Origin: Octopus sinensis
Lineage: Eukaryota
Assembly (NCBI RefSeq): GCF_006345805.1
Contig: NC_043002.1
Location: 58,962,001 to 59,026,000, forward strand
DNA: 64,000 bases
Reading direction: 5' to 3'
Part shown: piece after piece, positions 50,540-64,000 of the stretch
Numbering within the stretch: the stretch's first letter is position 1
How the letters are laid out: each line of letters starts with the position of its first letter
The notes under the pieces: model-generated
What the model saw: the letters and a program-made list of their open reading frames with translations, nothing else
Database searches by the model: none
Told to the model about the DNA's origin: nothing
Made by a program: the position numbers and the translations under genes

Positions 50540-51244
50540 CATAAACATATTAAAACATATTAAGAGATGTATATAAACAGATTTCCTGGCTGTCACACAC
50601 GTCTTAGAGTCTGTGGTTCTTAGACCTTTCTTTTTTCTTTTCTTTCCTTTTCTTTTCTTTTCTTTATTTCTCACTGCCTGACTTTTCTTTTCAGTTTGTT
50701 TTTCATATTTTATTTCTTTTCTTTCAAAAACTTTCCCTCCCTCCCTCCCTCTTTCCCATTTTCTCTTAACTCCTCTTCATATACACAAGTTCCAATGTTC
50801 GAACCCTCCTCCCGCCACCACTGTTGCCACCCACCCCCACCATGACGACGACCATCACCATCATCATCATCCCCACTACCACCTCTACAATTCCTACTAC
50901 TACTACTACTACTTACACCCCCCCACCACCAGTTAGCACCACCAACATCATAACCAACACCACAATCGCTTCCCCTCCCGCCACTACCTCCATCACCACT
51001 ACAACCACCATCGCCGCTGTCACCATCATAGTCTCCAAAAAAAACTATCACCGCCACCTCTACCATCGTCACCTTCAGTCAGAACGAATAGATAATCTGT
51101 GTCAGCTGAAGGAGTTGGACCAAACTAATATACCATTAAACTAGGTAGGTTTGTTTTCGTTTGTTCCTCTGGCTTTGTTCATCGGTTTATATGTGAAAGA
51201 TAATATAGTGCATCGATATGTGATAGAGAGACAGCTGTATAGAT

Positions 51245-51286
<42 letters not shown>

Positions 51287-51450
51287 CGAAGCAGTTTGAT
51301 ACAGAATCCGTGCTACTTTCGTTTGTCCACTAACTCATACACACTCACACAAAGATTGAATTAAATTCGTCTTTTAATTTGGAGTTTTCCTGATAAATTG
51401 TTGAGTTTTAAGTGATTTCTTTCCATAAATTCACAACACACCATATACGA

Positions 51451-51498
<48 letters not shown>

Positions 51499-51914
51499 TA
51501 TATATAGTGTACATTTAAGTACAAAGATGCGAGCCTTAACACGTTGCCTAACCTACTAGAAAGAACAGTCAAGAAGTCCAAACCACAGTTAAGAGCAATT
51601 TCGAAGGGAATGAAAAATAAAAACATATATATAGAAGTACCTATATATGCATATATTTATATATTATTTATATTACCTTTATGTATGTATGTATGTACAG
51701 CAAGAGAGATAGACAGAGAAAGAAAAGTGAGAGAGAGAAAGAAAGAGAAAGGAAAACTGAAAGAGAGAGAGAGAGAGAGAAAGAAGGGGGGAGAGAGATA
51801 TAATTGACGTACGGACAGGAGAAGAGCGGATTAAATTCGGCATAAGTGTTCTCCCCCCCTCGACTTTGTTTCCTCATAACTTCCTGAAAAACTGGTATTT
51901 TTTTTAATAGGATT

Positions 51915-52500
51915 AACTACAAATATGCTTCAAATGGTGTAGATTCCAATTATACGGGAATTTGTTATGAAAAAAAGAAAAGAAAAAAAATGCTTCAGGG
52001 GTTGGAGAGACGAGTTTCGGACAATTCGCATGTATCAGTTTAGCTTCCGCATAACTTTCGGGAAAATGGATATTTTGGAATGAAATTTTTTTTCTAGAAA
52101 TACCTTTTTGTGTTTATAAATTACGATTATATCGGAATCTGGTGCGAATAGAAAAATGGTGAGCACACGCACATACATAATGACACACATGACAATTTTT
52201 TTTTTTCGAAATTTCATGTTTCGTTTTGTAGATATATGTGATGTGTGCGAGACCACCAACTTTTTTTTTTATATTAAATTTCAATATATCGTAATCTCCA
52301 CACTCTGAAAGGAGTTTGTGGAAAAAGAAAATTTCATTGAAAAATGTCATTAAAAAAAAAAAAAAAAGGCTATAAGGAAACAAAGCCACTTCGTGTGAAT
52401 TTTCTGAAACCTCTCTCCAGACTCACGGAAATAAAAATTTCATAACAAATTCACATGTAATTGGAATGCACACCACACCATATGAAGCATATTTGTATAA
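51915..52500. mobile_element. Foldback DNA element with ~110-bp imperfect inverted repeats
   Basis: TACAAATATGCTTCAAATGGTGTAGATTCCAATTA..GAATTTGTTATGAAA is inverted against TTTCATAACAAATTC..TAATTGGAAT..ACCATATGAAGCATATTTGTA. Confidence 0.7.
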
Positions 52501-52622
52501 AATTTCCTGATAGACAGATTGAATGACGGACGAATATCGGTTTACAGACAGGTTGATAGAAAAGAGATAAACTGATCGATAGGCATACAGACAGATAGGT
52601 ACACACACACACGCACACACAC

Positions 52623-52659
<37 letters not shown>

Positions 52660-53021
52660 GAGAGAGAGAAACAGACAGATAGACACGGATAAATAGATGG
52701 ATAGACAGACTGACAGATAGATAGATAGACAGACAGATATAGATAAACAGACATAGATTAACAGTCTTATTCTGAACTTGTTAGGTGGGGCCGTAGGCTA
52801 TTAAGGGTGGGTTACCGCATTCTGTCGGGTATATATCTTCCTCGTTAGAATGGACACTGGTCCGTCTGGAGCAACGGGAAATGAAGTGTTTCGCCGAAGA
52901 ACACAACACATCGCCTGCTCCAGAAATTGGAACCACTAATCTTATGATCAACACTGCAACACTTTAACCACTTATCCACGTGCCTCCGCACACGCACGTA
53001 CGCACACACACACGCACACAC

Positions 53022-53068
<47 letters not shown>

Positions 53069-54955
53069 TGTATATATGTATACAAACATGCAAAACCGAC
53101 ATACGCACACGTGTACACATACATGCATGCTTACATACATACATACATACATGCGTGTGTGTAGTAAATTAGACTGGTAGGTAGAGAGAATAAGATTTGT
53201 AGATACACACACATGCTTATATATAAACAAAGAATATATTCGCGTGTGCGTATGTATTCTTTTATTTTTTTAATTGTTGACGGTGGCCTTGCTGGAGCAC
53301 AGTCTTGAAGGGTTTTAGTTGAACAAATCGACCCCATTTCTTTTTTTTAAAGCTTAGTACTTATTCTTCGGACCCTTAAGCCGAACTGCTAAATTACAGG
53401 AATGTAAACACACCAACACCGGTTGTCAAGCAGTGATAAAGTACAAACACACACACACACACACAAACACAAATAATAACAATAATCCTTAGATGGAAGG
53501 CAGCGAGCTGGCTGAAACGTTAGCACGCCGGGCAAAATGTTTAGCGGTATTTCGTCTGCCGCTACGTTCAGAGTTCAAATTCCGCCGAGGTCGACTTTGC
53601 CTGTCATCCTTTCGGGGTCGATTAAATAAGTACTAGTTACGCACTGGGGTCGATATAATCGACTTAATCCGTTTGTCCCCTCTGTGTTTAGCCCCTTTCT
53701 TTTATCCTTTACTTGTTTCAGTCATTAGATTGTGGCCATGCTGGGGCACCACCTTGAAGAACTTTTGTTGAATATATCAATGCCAGGACTTATTCTCTCA
53801 GACTTTTTGCTGAACCACTAAGTTATAGGAACATAAACACACCAGCACCAATTGTCAAGCAATGATGGTGAAGAACAAACACAGACACAAACATCATCAT
53901 AATCATCATCGTTTAACGTCTGCTTTCCATGCTAGCATGGGTTGGATGATTTGACTGAGGGCTGGCGAACCAGATGGCTGCACCAGACTTCAATCTTGAT
54001 CTGGCAGAGTATCTACAGCTGGATGCCCTTCCTAACACTAACCACACCGAGAGTGTAGTGGGTGCTTTTTACGTGCCACCGGCACGGGCCAGTCAGGTGG
54101 TACTGGCAACGACCTCGCTCGAATCTTTTACACATGCCACCAGCACAGATGCTAGTAAGGTGATGCTGGTAACGATCATGCTCGAATGGTGTCTTTTACG
54201 TGCCACTGGCACGGAGGCCAGATAGTCGCTCTGGGAATGATCACGCTCGGATGGTGCTCTTAATACCCTACAGCACGGTGCTTGAGTGTCAGTAATGCAA
54301 CGCTGGTAACGATCACACTCGAATTGTGCCTTTTAAGTGCCACTGGCACGGAAGCCGGTTAGACGCTCTGTCAACGATCACACTCGTATGGTGCTCTTTG
54401 CACCCCGCTTGCACAGACACCAGTCATCGAATTTGATTTTGATACAAATATATGGCAAGCTTCTTTCAGTTTCCATCTACCAAATTCCCTCACAAGGCTT
54501 TGTGAATATTTTTTGTATCGACGTACGATAAATTGAAAAAAGTTCTTTTAATATTTCTGTGTGTTTGTCCTCCCCACCATTGCTTGACAACCGATGTTGG
54601 TGTGTTTCTGTCCTTATAACTTAGTGATTTGGCAAAAGAGGCCAATAGAATAAGTACCAGGCTTACAAAGAATAAGTACTGGGGTCAATTTGTTTGACTA
54701 AAGGTGGTGCTCTAGCATGGCTGCAGTCAAATGACTGAAACAAGTTAAAGAATAACATATGGCACAGGTGTGGTTGTGTGGTAAGAAGATCTCTCCTAAC
54801 CACATGGTTCCAGGTTCAGTCCTTCTGCATGGCACCTCGGGCAAGTTTTTTTTCTCATACAGCCTTGAGCTGACCGAAGCCTTGTCAGTGGATTTGGTAG
54901 ACAGAAACTGAAAGAAACCCTTCATGTGTGTTTATACATATGAGAGGATCATTAA

Positions 54956-55420
54956 CCCTTTCGTTACTGTATTTATTTTGAGATGCTCTGTGTTTCTTTC
55001 AATTAAATATAGCAAAGAATTTAGTAAAATAACTTGGTCATCATGAAGCTAGTGTTAGGAACATAAATTGTGACTAAGGTTTAGTGGAAGATTTTAATTC
55101 AAAATTTATGAAAACAAAACATACTACAGAGCCAGAACTGGTTTCAGCTGGGTTGATATCAAAAGGGTTAAGAATTGTTTCTCTATTATATATTTTAACC
55201 TTTTTCTTACCATATTTCTGTTGAGATGTTCTGTGTTTCTTTCCATTAATTTTAAATATAACAAAGAATTTAGTAAAATAACTTGGTTATTATCGTTCAG
55301 CTAGTGTTAGGAACATAAATTGTGACTAAGGTTTGGTGGTAGATTTCAATTCAAAACTTATGAAAACAAGACATTTGTACTACAGAGCCAGAGCCAGTTT
55401 CAGCTGATTTGGTAATAGAC
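54956..55420. mobile_element. Second piggyBac-like MITE pair, reverse orientation of 13217-13687
   Basis: Same diagnostic unit ends and the same 31-nt spacer (30/31 identical in reverse complement). The distal end is degraded. Confidence 0.8.
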
Positions 55421-56096
55421 TTTCTGAAAGACTCTGGAGAATAAGAAATAAACTGATTAATAGACAGACAGATAGATAAATGCATCTACACGCATATAAA
55501 TGTACTTTTGCACAATGCAGTGGGAACGAATTTGAGTAACTGTTAACAAAATTTATAAACACCAAGTAGCTATTTTAACTCACTATGTGGACATGAGTGC
55601 ACCAATCCACATGTGCGTATGTTTACATTTTTTGAGGTGTTTGTATGAGCGAGTGCACACACATTATGCAGCTTGCATTAAGGCATTTATACATCCTTAT
55701 CTGTTAAGTGATTTTTAATGCTTTTCTTGCTGTATTCCCCGTTTGTTTCTTTTTTGCTATCTGTGATTTTATATTTAATCTTGTCTGTAATAAAGATATT
55801 TTCTTTCGTTTTGCTGCTGTTCTTATTCTGAAATGAGCCGATATATTGCGGTACATTGCCAGCTCTCCTGGCCCCTGTGCTGGGGGCATTTAAAAAACAC
55901 CCACTTCACTCTTGGAGTGGTTGGCATTAGGAAGGGCATCCAGCTGTAGAAGCACTGCCAGATCAAATTGGGGCCTGGTGCAGCCTCCTGGCTTCCCAGA
56001 CCCCAGACCCCAGTCAAACCGTCCAACCCATGCCAGCATGGAAAACGAACATTAAACGATGATGATGATGTTAATCTAACGAGTTGTATCTATTTA

Positions 56097-56201
56097 TCAC
56101 CCGATGAGACACATCTGCACCACCGGATGCTCCTGAACCAGATGTTAAAGTATCTCACCCATGAGGGATCAATGCTAGATGCGTCGAAACAATTGTTGTG
56201 G
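56097..56201 (+). ncRNA. Type I hammerhead motif with long stem II loop (U4C)
   Basis: TCAC-CCGATGA-GACACATCT..(60 nt)..AGATGCGTC-GAA-ACAATTGT-T-GTGG: stem II 8/9 bp, palindromic stem III ACAAUUGU, triplet GUU. Confidence 0.65.
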
Positions 56202-58059
56202 CTAATAATTAAAATTCCCATATATTCCATCTTCCACCTTTCATTTACCATATATATGTATGTATGTATATATACATATGTGTGTGTTTGCATGAGCATA
56301 TAATTTATTCATGGGCTTGTATGCATTTTCCATTATACACACACAAATATTTATATATCCCAGTACAAGTGAGTGTATAATTACACGTATATATGTATTG
56401 TTTATATATGTATGTGGATTTCAAGGTCTATTTATTGTATTTATCTATAAAACTAGTTTTATACAATGTTCTCTCTTATATCTAATTTTTATTTTTAACT
56501 CCCTTTTCCCCTTTTTTCCTTAATATGTTTTAGTCATGCTTATTATCCAAGAATCCCCCACACTTTAAAGTTTTATGGCCCCAGGTGTTCAGAATCATGT
56601 TCTGTGATCTTATTTGGTATGATTTCAGTGAGATGTGGCTGCTATTTCTGTGATGTCAAATAGCCTTGTAGAGGCTTTTTTCTCAGCTGGTGTTGTTGTT
56701 TAGCCACAGGTCCTTTTTGATCAGGCAAACCTATGATCAAAGATATACCTTCTTGGATCACATGTCTGAGTAGTTAAAAAGTTTGCTTACCAAACTCATG
56801 GTCCCAGGTTCAATCCCACTGCATGGTGCTTTGGGCAAGTGTCTTTTACTGCAGCCTTGGGCTCACCAAATCCATATGAGTGGATTTGGTAGACAGAAAA
56901 TATATGGAAGCCCTTCGTTTGTGTGTGTGTGTGCAGTTTTTTGAGTCTATGTTTCTCCCCTCACACTGCTTGACAACCAGTGTTGGTTTGTTTATGTCCC
57001 TGTAACTTAGTAGTTCAGGATGAGTGCCAAACTTGGAGAAAAATAAATAAATAAATAAGAACTGGTGTCGATCTGTTCTACTAAATCACTTCAAGATGGT
57101 GCCCCAGCATGGCCACAGTCTAATGATTGAAACAAGCAAAAGATAAAAAAATATATCCAATATACAATTTCTTAGAAGGTAGGATGTGATTTGTGAAAGA
57201 TTTGGTTGCTATTTACAGCATGTCAGGGGACCATGTGGAGGCTGCTCCTTGGCCCATGGTGGTACTGAGAGTATGGTGGCCATTGCTTTGCTCTTCATCA
57301 GTGTGGATCAGATCTAGCTATGAGTGAAAACATTCCAACAATGACCATTCCAACTTTTTCTATGACAGTAGTATCTTGCACTAATGTGTCCTCTAGTTTT
57401 TTTTTTTTTTTAAAGAATGTAAAGTGTGATTTTGAGGGAAATTTAGCTGTTATTCTTGGCAGCTTAAGTGTCTGCACAGAGCTAAACTTCATAGCATTGT
57501 TATTGCTATTACTGTTGATGGTGATGTTGATGGAGATAGTGGTAGTGATGATAATGATGAAGATGGTGGTGATGCTGATGCTGATGATGAAGATGGTGGT
57601 GATGATAATGATGATGATAATAATGAAGATGGTGGCGTTGATGATGCTGATGATGATGATGGTGATGTTGATGATGATGGTGGTGGTAATGATAATAATA
57701 ATGATGATGAAGATGATGATGATGATGATGAAGATGGTGATGATGATGCTGATGATGAAGATGGTGGTGTTGATAATGAAGATGATGATGATAATGATGA
57801 TGGTGGTGGTGGTGATGATAGTGGTGATGATGATGATGATGATGGTGGTGTTGATCATGACGATGATGATGACGACAAGGATGATCTTAACCATGATGAC
57901 CATGGTGATGATGGTGATAGTGTGATCATGATAATGGTGATGTAGATGAGGGGGATGATGATGACGATGGCAATGTTGCTGCTGTTTCTTAATGGTGTCA
58001 GTCATAGTGATGTTGTTATTTAGACTCAGATCACAAGATAAATATCTCTGTGAGTCTGT

Positions 58060-58560
58060 GAGTCACCGAATATGCAGCAGACAAGAACCAGTCTTTGCTT
58101 CAGGGTAACATCGAAAGCTTGCTTGGTTTGGAAATGTAGCTTGACATAACCCCACCGGACCCCAGTTTTTCAAATGGTGTAGATTCCAATTATACGGGAA
58201 TTTGTTATGAAAAAAAGAAAAGAAAAAAAATGCTTCAGGGGTTGGAGAGACGAGTTTCGGACAATTCGCATGTATCAGTTTAGCTTCCGCATAACTTTCG
58301 GGAAAATGGATATTTTGGAATGAAATTTTTTTTCTAGAAATACCTTTTTGTGTTTATAAATTACGATTATATCGGAATCTGGTGCGAATAGAAAAATGGT
58401 GAGCACGCGCACATACATAATGACACACATGTCTGAGTGAGGATAGGTGGAGAAGAGGCAGATGAAGAATATCCAGGTCCCACGATGCCAAGTGCTGGAC
58501 AGGTCTTGAGAGAAAAGGAACCAGTGGTGAATACTGACTGTCAGAGAATCTGAAGTGATA
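58060..58560 (+). mobile_element. Old RTE LINE fragment interrupted by a 263-bp insertion
   Basis: HRKLAWFGNVA left of the insert, RWRRGR(Q)MKNI right of it (RTE C-terminal motifs across frames). Confidence 0.55.
58169..58431 (+). repeat. 263-bp near-perfect direct copy of 51929-52191
   Basis: Offset 6240 bp. A single mismatch (52167 A vs 58407 G). Confidence 0.95.
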
Positions 58561-60054
58561 CCACAAAGATCAACTGCACCCAGTCACATGATGATGATGG
58601 TGGTGGTGGTTGTGATGGTGGTCATGATGGTGGTGGTAGTGGTGGTGATGATGATGATGATAGTGGTGGAGGTGATGATGATGGTGGTGGAGATGATGAT
58701 GATGGTGGTGATGATGATGATGTTAATGGTAGTGGTGGTGATGATGATGTTAATAGTGGTGGTGGTGATGATGATGATGTTAATAGTGGTGATGATGATG
58801 TTAACAGTGGTGTGGTAGTGATGATGTTAACAGTGGTGGTGGTAGTGATGATGTTAATAGTGGTGGTAGTGATGATGATGTTAATAGTGGTGGTGGTGGT
58901 GGTGGTGATGATGTTAATAGTGGTGGTGATGGTCATGGTGATAATGATGAAGATGATGGTGATGATGATGTTCATGATAATGTTGTTCATGATGTCCTAT
59001 GAGAAGAGGGTGGGTTCAGCCAGCACATTAATCTGGTGGATCAGGAGTGGAGGGTGGGCATGACTATCTGCCAAGGCCCTTTCTTAAAAAAACAAGTTCA
59101 ATACCCTTAAATTCTGAGATAGAGCAACCCCTTTACCACTATTTCAAAACCTTAAATTCTCTTGGAGACCCCTGGTTATGACTCATTGAAAGTTTTGTTC
59201 ACATTCAGACACAGGTTATCTAGGACTACATTATCCAATGTAGCTTAAATTTATTTATTGACGGCATGGCTGTATGGTATGAAGTTTGTTTCCCAACCTC
59301 ATGGTTCTGAGTTCAGTCCCACTGTATGGCACCATGGGCAAGTGTTCTCTACTCTAACCTGAGGCCAACCAAAGCCTTGTGAATAGATTTAGTAGATGGA
59401 AACTGAAAGAATCCCATCATACATGTGTATGTGTCTTTGGGTTTGTGTTTGTGCCTTATCACTGCTTGACAACTGATGTTGGTGTGTTTACATTCCTGTA
59501 ACTTAGCGGTTCAGCAAAAGTGACCGCTAGAATAAGTCCCCGTCTTAAAAGATTTGTACTGGGGTTGAGCCATTCGATGAAAACATTCTTTAAGGTGGTG
59601 CTCCAGCATGGCCACAATCTAATGACTGGAACAAGTAAAAGATAAAAGATAAAGAGATTTGGAAATGGGAGAAATGTTGGTGACAGGAAGAGCATCCAGC
59701 CATATAAAATCTGCCCCGCCCACCACCACCACCACCAAATTCCATCGGACCCATGCAGGCATGGGAAAGTGGACATTAAAACGATGACGTTAGAGAAGCT
59801 AGGATTTGAGGGGAGATTAGGTTGTTATTTCTAGTAGTTTGATTGACCATATAGAGTGCCCTTACTAGACTTATGCATACAAAGCTCCCTTGTTAGTTGT
59901 GGGCTTAAAAACTTCCTGTTCTACTCACCTCACATCTCAAATGACTGTCATTTAAGTTATCTCTTTGTTTCTATGGATACAGGTGTTTAAAATTCATTCA
60001 TGATTATAATCACGTTTCTTCTGGATATTTTGTCATTCTGTGGTTATTATCATA

Positions 60055-60092
<38 letters not shown>

Positions 60093-60415
60093 TATTTATT
60101 TTTTTTTAGCTCCCTCCTCCAAATTTCAAGCCTCCTGCCTTAAGTAGAAAAGATTATTTGTTGTTTGTTTTTGTCTTTTTCTCTTTATCAAACTTTCCTT
60201 TCTTCCTTTTTTCATTATCTCTTATTCACACACTCTATCATTCTCTCTCTTTCTCTCTCCTTCTCTCACTCCCCCACCTATTTAATCCTTTCCTGTCCCC
60301 CTCCTCTCTCTCTCTCTCTCTCTCCCTCTCTTTCCTGTCCTCTCTCCATCATTCACCTATTTCTTTCTCATTAATTCTTTTGTAGCTCAATGATATTCAG
60401 AGAAACCCATATATT

Positions 60416-60451
<36 letters not shown>

Positions 60452-60543
60452 TATGAGAAGCTTCCTTCAGTTTCCATCTCCCAGATCCTTTCATATGGCT
60501 TAGGTTGGTCTGGCATTCAATCAAATAATGATATAAATAATAT

Positions 60544-61614
60544 GAAGCACGACCTTCGAACTTTAGGCCTCACTGAGGAAATGACCAGAGACCGAGACCT
60601 TTGGAAATATTCTGTACGTGAGAAGACCAGGCAGGACAAGTGAGCCGCCCACTTATGAATGCCTTCCCTCCCTTGGACACAAAACCGGTTGAGGCAAGCG
60701 AAGTCGATATAGAACCTCATCCGACGACAGACACCCACCCAACCCCCATGCTTGCGAAGACATTTTTGGGCAAGCGAAATCGAAATCGAAATCGAAACCG
60801 AATTGAACCAGCCAGGATCCCTGGCCTGGTGGTACGTAAAAAGCACTATCCGACTCGGGGCCGTGGCACGTAATACTCCAATGCGACCGTACGACAGGCA
60901 CCCATGCCAACCCCCTTTGCTTGTGAAGACAGTTTGGGGCAAGCGAATCGAAATCGAATTGAACCAGCCAGGACCCTGGTCTGGTGGTACGTAAAGCACT
61001 ATCCGACTCGTGGCCGTGGCACGTAAATACTCAATGCGACCGTACGACAGGCACCCTTGCCAACCCCCTTTGCTTGTGAAGACATGTTGGGGCAAGCGAA
61101 ATCGAAATCGAATTGAACCCACCAGTATCCCTGGTCTGGTGGTACGTAAAGCACTATCCGACTCGTGGCCGTGGCACGTAAAATACTCCAATGCGACCGT
61201 ACGACAGCACCCTTGCCAACCCCCTTGCTTGTGAAGACATGTTGGGGCAAGCGAAATCGAAATCGAATTGAACCAGCCAGGATCCCTGGTCTGGTGGTAC
61301 GTAAAAAGCACTATCCGACTCGTGGCCGATGCCAGCACGCCTCGACTGGCTTCCGTGCCGGTGGCACATAAAATACACCAATCTGACCGTGGCCGTTGCC
61401 AGCCCCGCCTGGCACCTGTGCAGGTGGCACGTAAAAAGCACCCACTACACTCACGGAGTGGTTGGCGTTAGGAAGGGCATCCAGCTGTAGAAACATTGCC
61501 AATTAGACTGGAGCCTGGTGCAGCCTTCTGGCTTCCCAGAACCCCGTCGAACCGTCCAACCCATGCTAGCATGGAGAACGGACGTTAAACGACGATGATG
61601 ATGATGATGATGAT
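60544..61614 (+). mobile_element. Young 5'-truncated RTE LINE with a tandemly amplified 3'UTR
   Basis: KHDLRTLGLTEEMTRDRDLWKYSVREKTRQDK* then about four copies of a ~155-bp unit (GCTTG(C/T)GAAGAC at 60750, 60919, 61072, 61227), the terminal module and (GAT)n. CpG-rich. Confidence 0.85.
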
Positions 61615-62063
61615 ATATATATATATATATGCAAATCCCAAATTTTTAAAATTTGCTTTGTGGGAACAACTGTTTTAATGAAGATGCGTCTTGTCCCTAT
61701 GTTCAAAACACGGAGTAGATAAAACAGGAGACAACTGACGAAGGGATTGTTTTTTATGTTGCCTGTCTCGTTTTGCTGTTTGCTTCTTTCGTTGTTTGAA
61801 AAAAGTTCGTTTTCCATGTTTTTGTATTTTTTGTTCTTGTTTCTCCTTAGTTCATGTTTTTTTTGACGTCCTGTACCCATATATACATATATATGTAAGT
61901 ATGTATATATTTGTATGTTTATATGTAGGTATGTATATATATGTATGTTTATATGTAGGTATGTATATATATATATGTATGTAGGTATGTATATATAGAT
62001 ATGTATGTAATATATGTAGGTATGTAATAGTAGGTATGTATGTATATGCATATATATATTATT

Positions 62064-62101
<38 letters not shown>

Positions 62102-62279
62102 TAAATAAGGGTACAGGACGTCACCAACAGTAGAAATCACTTGAGGTATCAAACACAAAGGTTTTGAGTTCTGTCCTACTGCATGGCATCTTGTGCAGGT
62201 GTCTTCTGCCCTTGGTTGAACAAAGCTTTGTGAGTTCATTGGATGAACAGAATTGTATATCTCTATATTTCCATCCATC

Positions 62280-62620
62280 TATGCTTATACATACATACAT
62301 TCATTCATTCATACACACATACTTACATACATGCATGCACACATGCACAAATGCATACATGCATGCTTGCATACATACATGCATACATACATGCATGCAT
62401 GCATGCACACATACATGCATACACCCATGCTTGCATACATACATGCATACATATATGCATGCATACATGCATACAAAAATGCATACATACATACACATAC
62501 ATGCATACATACATGCATGCTTGCATACATACACACATACATACATACATACACATATATGCATACATACATGCATACATACATGCATCCATGCATGCAT
62601 GCATACATGCATACATACAT
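62280..62620. repeat. (ATAC)/(ATGC) compound microsatellite
   Basis: Tetranucleotide array producing the CMHA/YIHT ORFs. Confidence 0.95.
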
Positions 62621-62662
62621 TGTGAGTGGATTTGGTAGGTGGAAACTGAAAGAGTCCCATCA

Positions 62663-62709
<47 letters not shown>

Positions 62710-64000
62710 GTATATATATATATGTATTTGTGTATCTGTGCTTGTTTCTCACCATTGCTTGGCAACTGATGTCGGCTTGTTTACGTCCCCGTAACTTAGT
62801 GGTTCGACAAAAGAGACCAATAGAATAAGTACTACAACTTACAAAGAATAAGTGCTGGTGTTGACTTGTTCAACTAAAGGCACTAAAGGCAATGCCCCAG
62901 TATGGTCACAGTCAAATGACAGAAACAAGTAAAAGAATAATAGAATATATATATACACACACACATACACATATATACTTACATTCACATACACAAACAT
63001 ATCCATTGCCTATCACAGAGTCCAGAATCCAAGTGGCCTACAATTTATTCTAATTGGACATTTTTAATGTTATACGTTGTTCTTGTACAGCAAATTATAA
63101 TGTGCAGGTAATTAGCACCAAGTACATTGTTGACACCACCACCACCACCAACATCATTATCATCGCTGCTACTATCACAACCACCACACTGCTATCACCA
63201 CAACCACCACACTGCTATCACCACAACCACCACCACCACCACCACCACCATCACTACAAATACTATCACTGCTCCAGCTAAGATCACTGCTTTCATAAAA
63301 ACCTCCACTGCCACCATCACCACCACCAACACCACCACCACCATCAGCACCACCTCCACCACCAGCACTACCACCATCGCTGCCACAGCCACAACTACCA
63401 CCAGCATTAGGACTACCCCCCACCACCACTGCCACCACCACTATCATCAGCACCAGCACCACCTCCACTACCACCATCGCTGCCACAGCCACAACTACCA
63501 CCAGCACAACCACTACGACTAGGACTACCCCCCACCACCACTAATACCACAACCATCTCCACCACCACCGCTGCCACTGCCACCACCACCACCACCATTG
63601 CTGCTATCAACACTAATGCTACCACTGTCACCACCACCACAACCACCACCACCACCACAGTAGAAACTATGCTCTTTAACAAAGTGTCGTTTGTGTCAAG
63701 GAATCACCAGATATTTTGTATCCAAGCTTAACCTCCAGACTTGTAGAAGCGAACTGATTTTTGGTCTCTTATTTTTGGCACCAGACCAATGACACTTTGA
63801 AATTCGGTAATTTAGAAATACCAATAACAGAGAAAAACATGTAATAGAGACATGCAGAGGTGTTTGTAGGGTAAATGTTTTTTTTTAAAAAAAGGCAAAA
63901 AGAAAAAAAAAAAACCCTGTTTGTTGTTGTTTATTTTTAGGAAGGAAAAACCTTGAATTTGAAAAGGAAAGGGAAGAAAACCAACAGATTTAGAACAAAT

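Noticed and set aside
60738-61330. CRISPR-like array
   Set aside because: Units are whole tandem duplications without unique spacers, inside a LINE 3'UTR in a eukaryotic context.
61670-61790. Hammerhead-like words (ATGAAGA, CTGACGA) in a probable Penelope pLTR remnant
   Set aside because: No GAAA plus stem III in the correct position and the stems do not close.

Overview
AT-rich, extremely repeat-dense animal genomic DNA. The SINE/LINE families and microsatellite load point to a coleoid cephalopod, probably Octopus (inference from repeat families). Only one host gene is securely recognisable: the 5' end of SSRP1 (FACT complex subunit) on the minus strand. Its coding exons are 5440-5493 and 907-1092, both with canonical splice sites, and the gene continues off the left edge. 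A compact promoter at about 5510-5650 carries Inr-, ETS-, YY1- and E2F-like motifs and may be bidirectional. The remaining ~58 kb is a mosaic of mobile DNA: a young Penelope-like retroelement with inverted pseudo-LTRs and a GIY-YIG endonuclease, apparently nested in a Mutator-like element; RTE LINEs (some with C-terminal C2H2 finger arrays, others with modular 3'UTRs); CR1-like and R4/Dong-like LINE fragments; tRNA-derived SINEs; mariner, piggyBac, hAT/P-like and Helentron-like DNA elements; foldback hairpins; and large microsatellites. The most notable signal is a set of minimal type I hammerhead ribozyme motifs with palindromic stem III from four unrelated families. One has an intact core carrying the compensatory U3-A8 pair and is present in both Penelope arms. 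Almost all long ORFs in the supplied track are microsatellite translations. No CRISPR array, rRNA or true tRNA gene was seen. All family assignments are by eye, without database searches.
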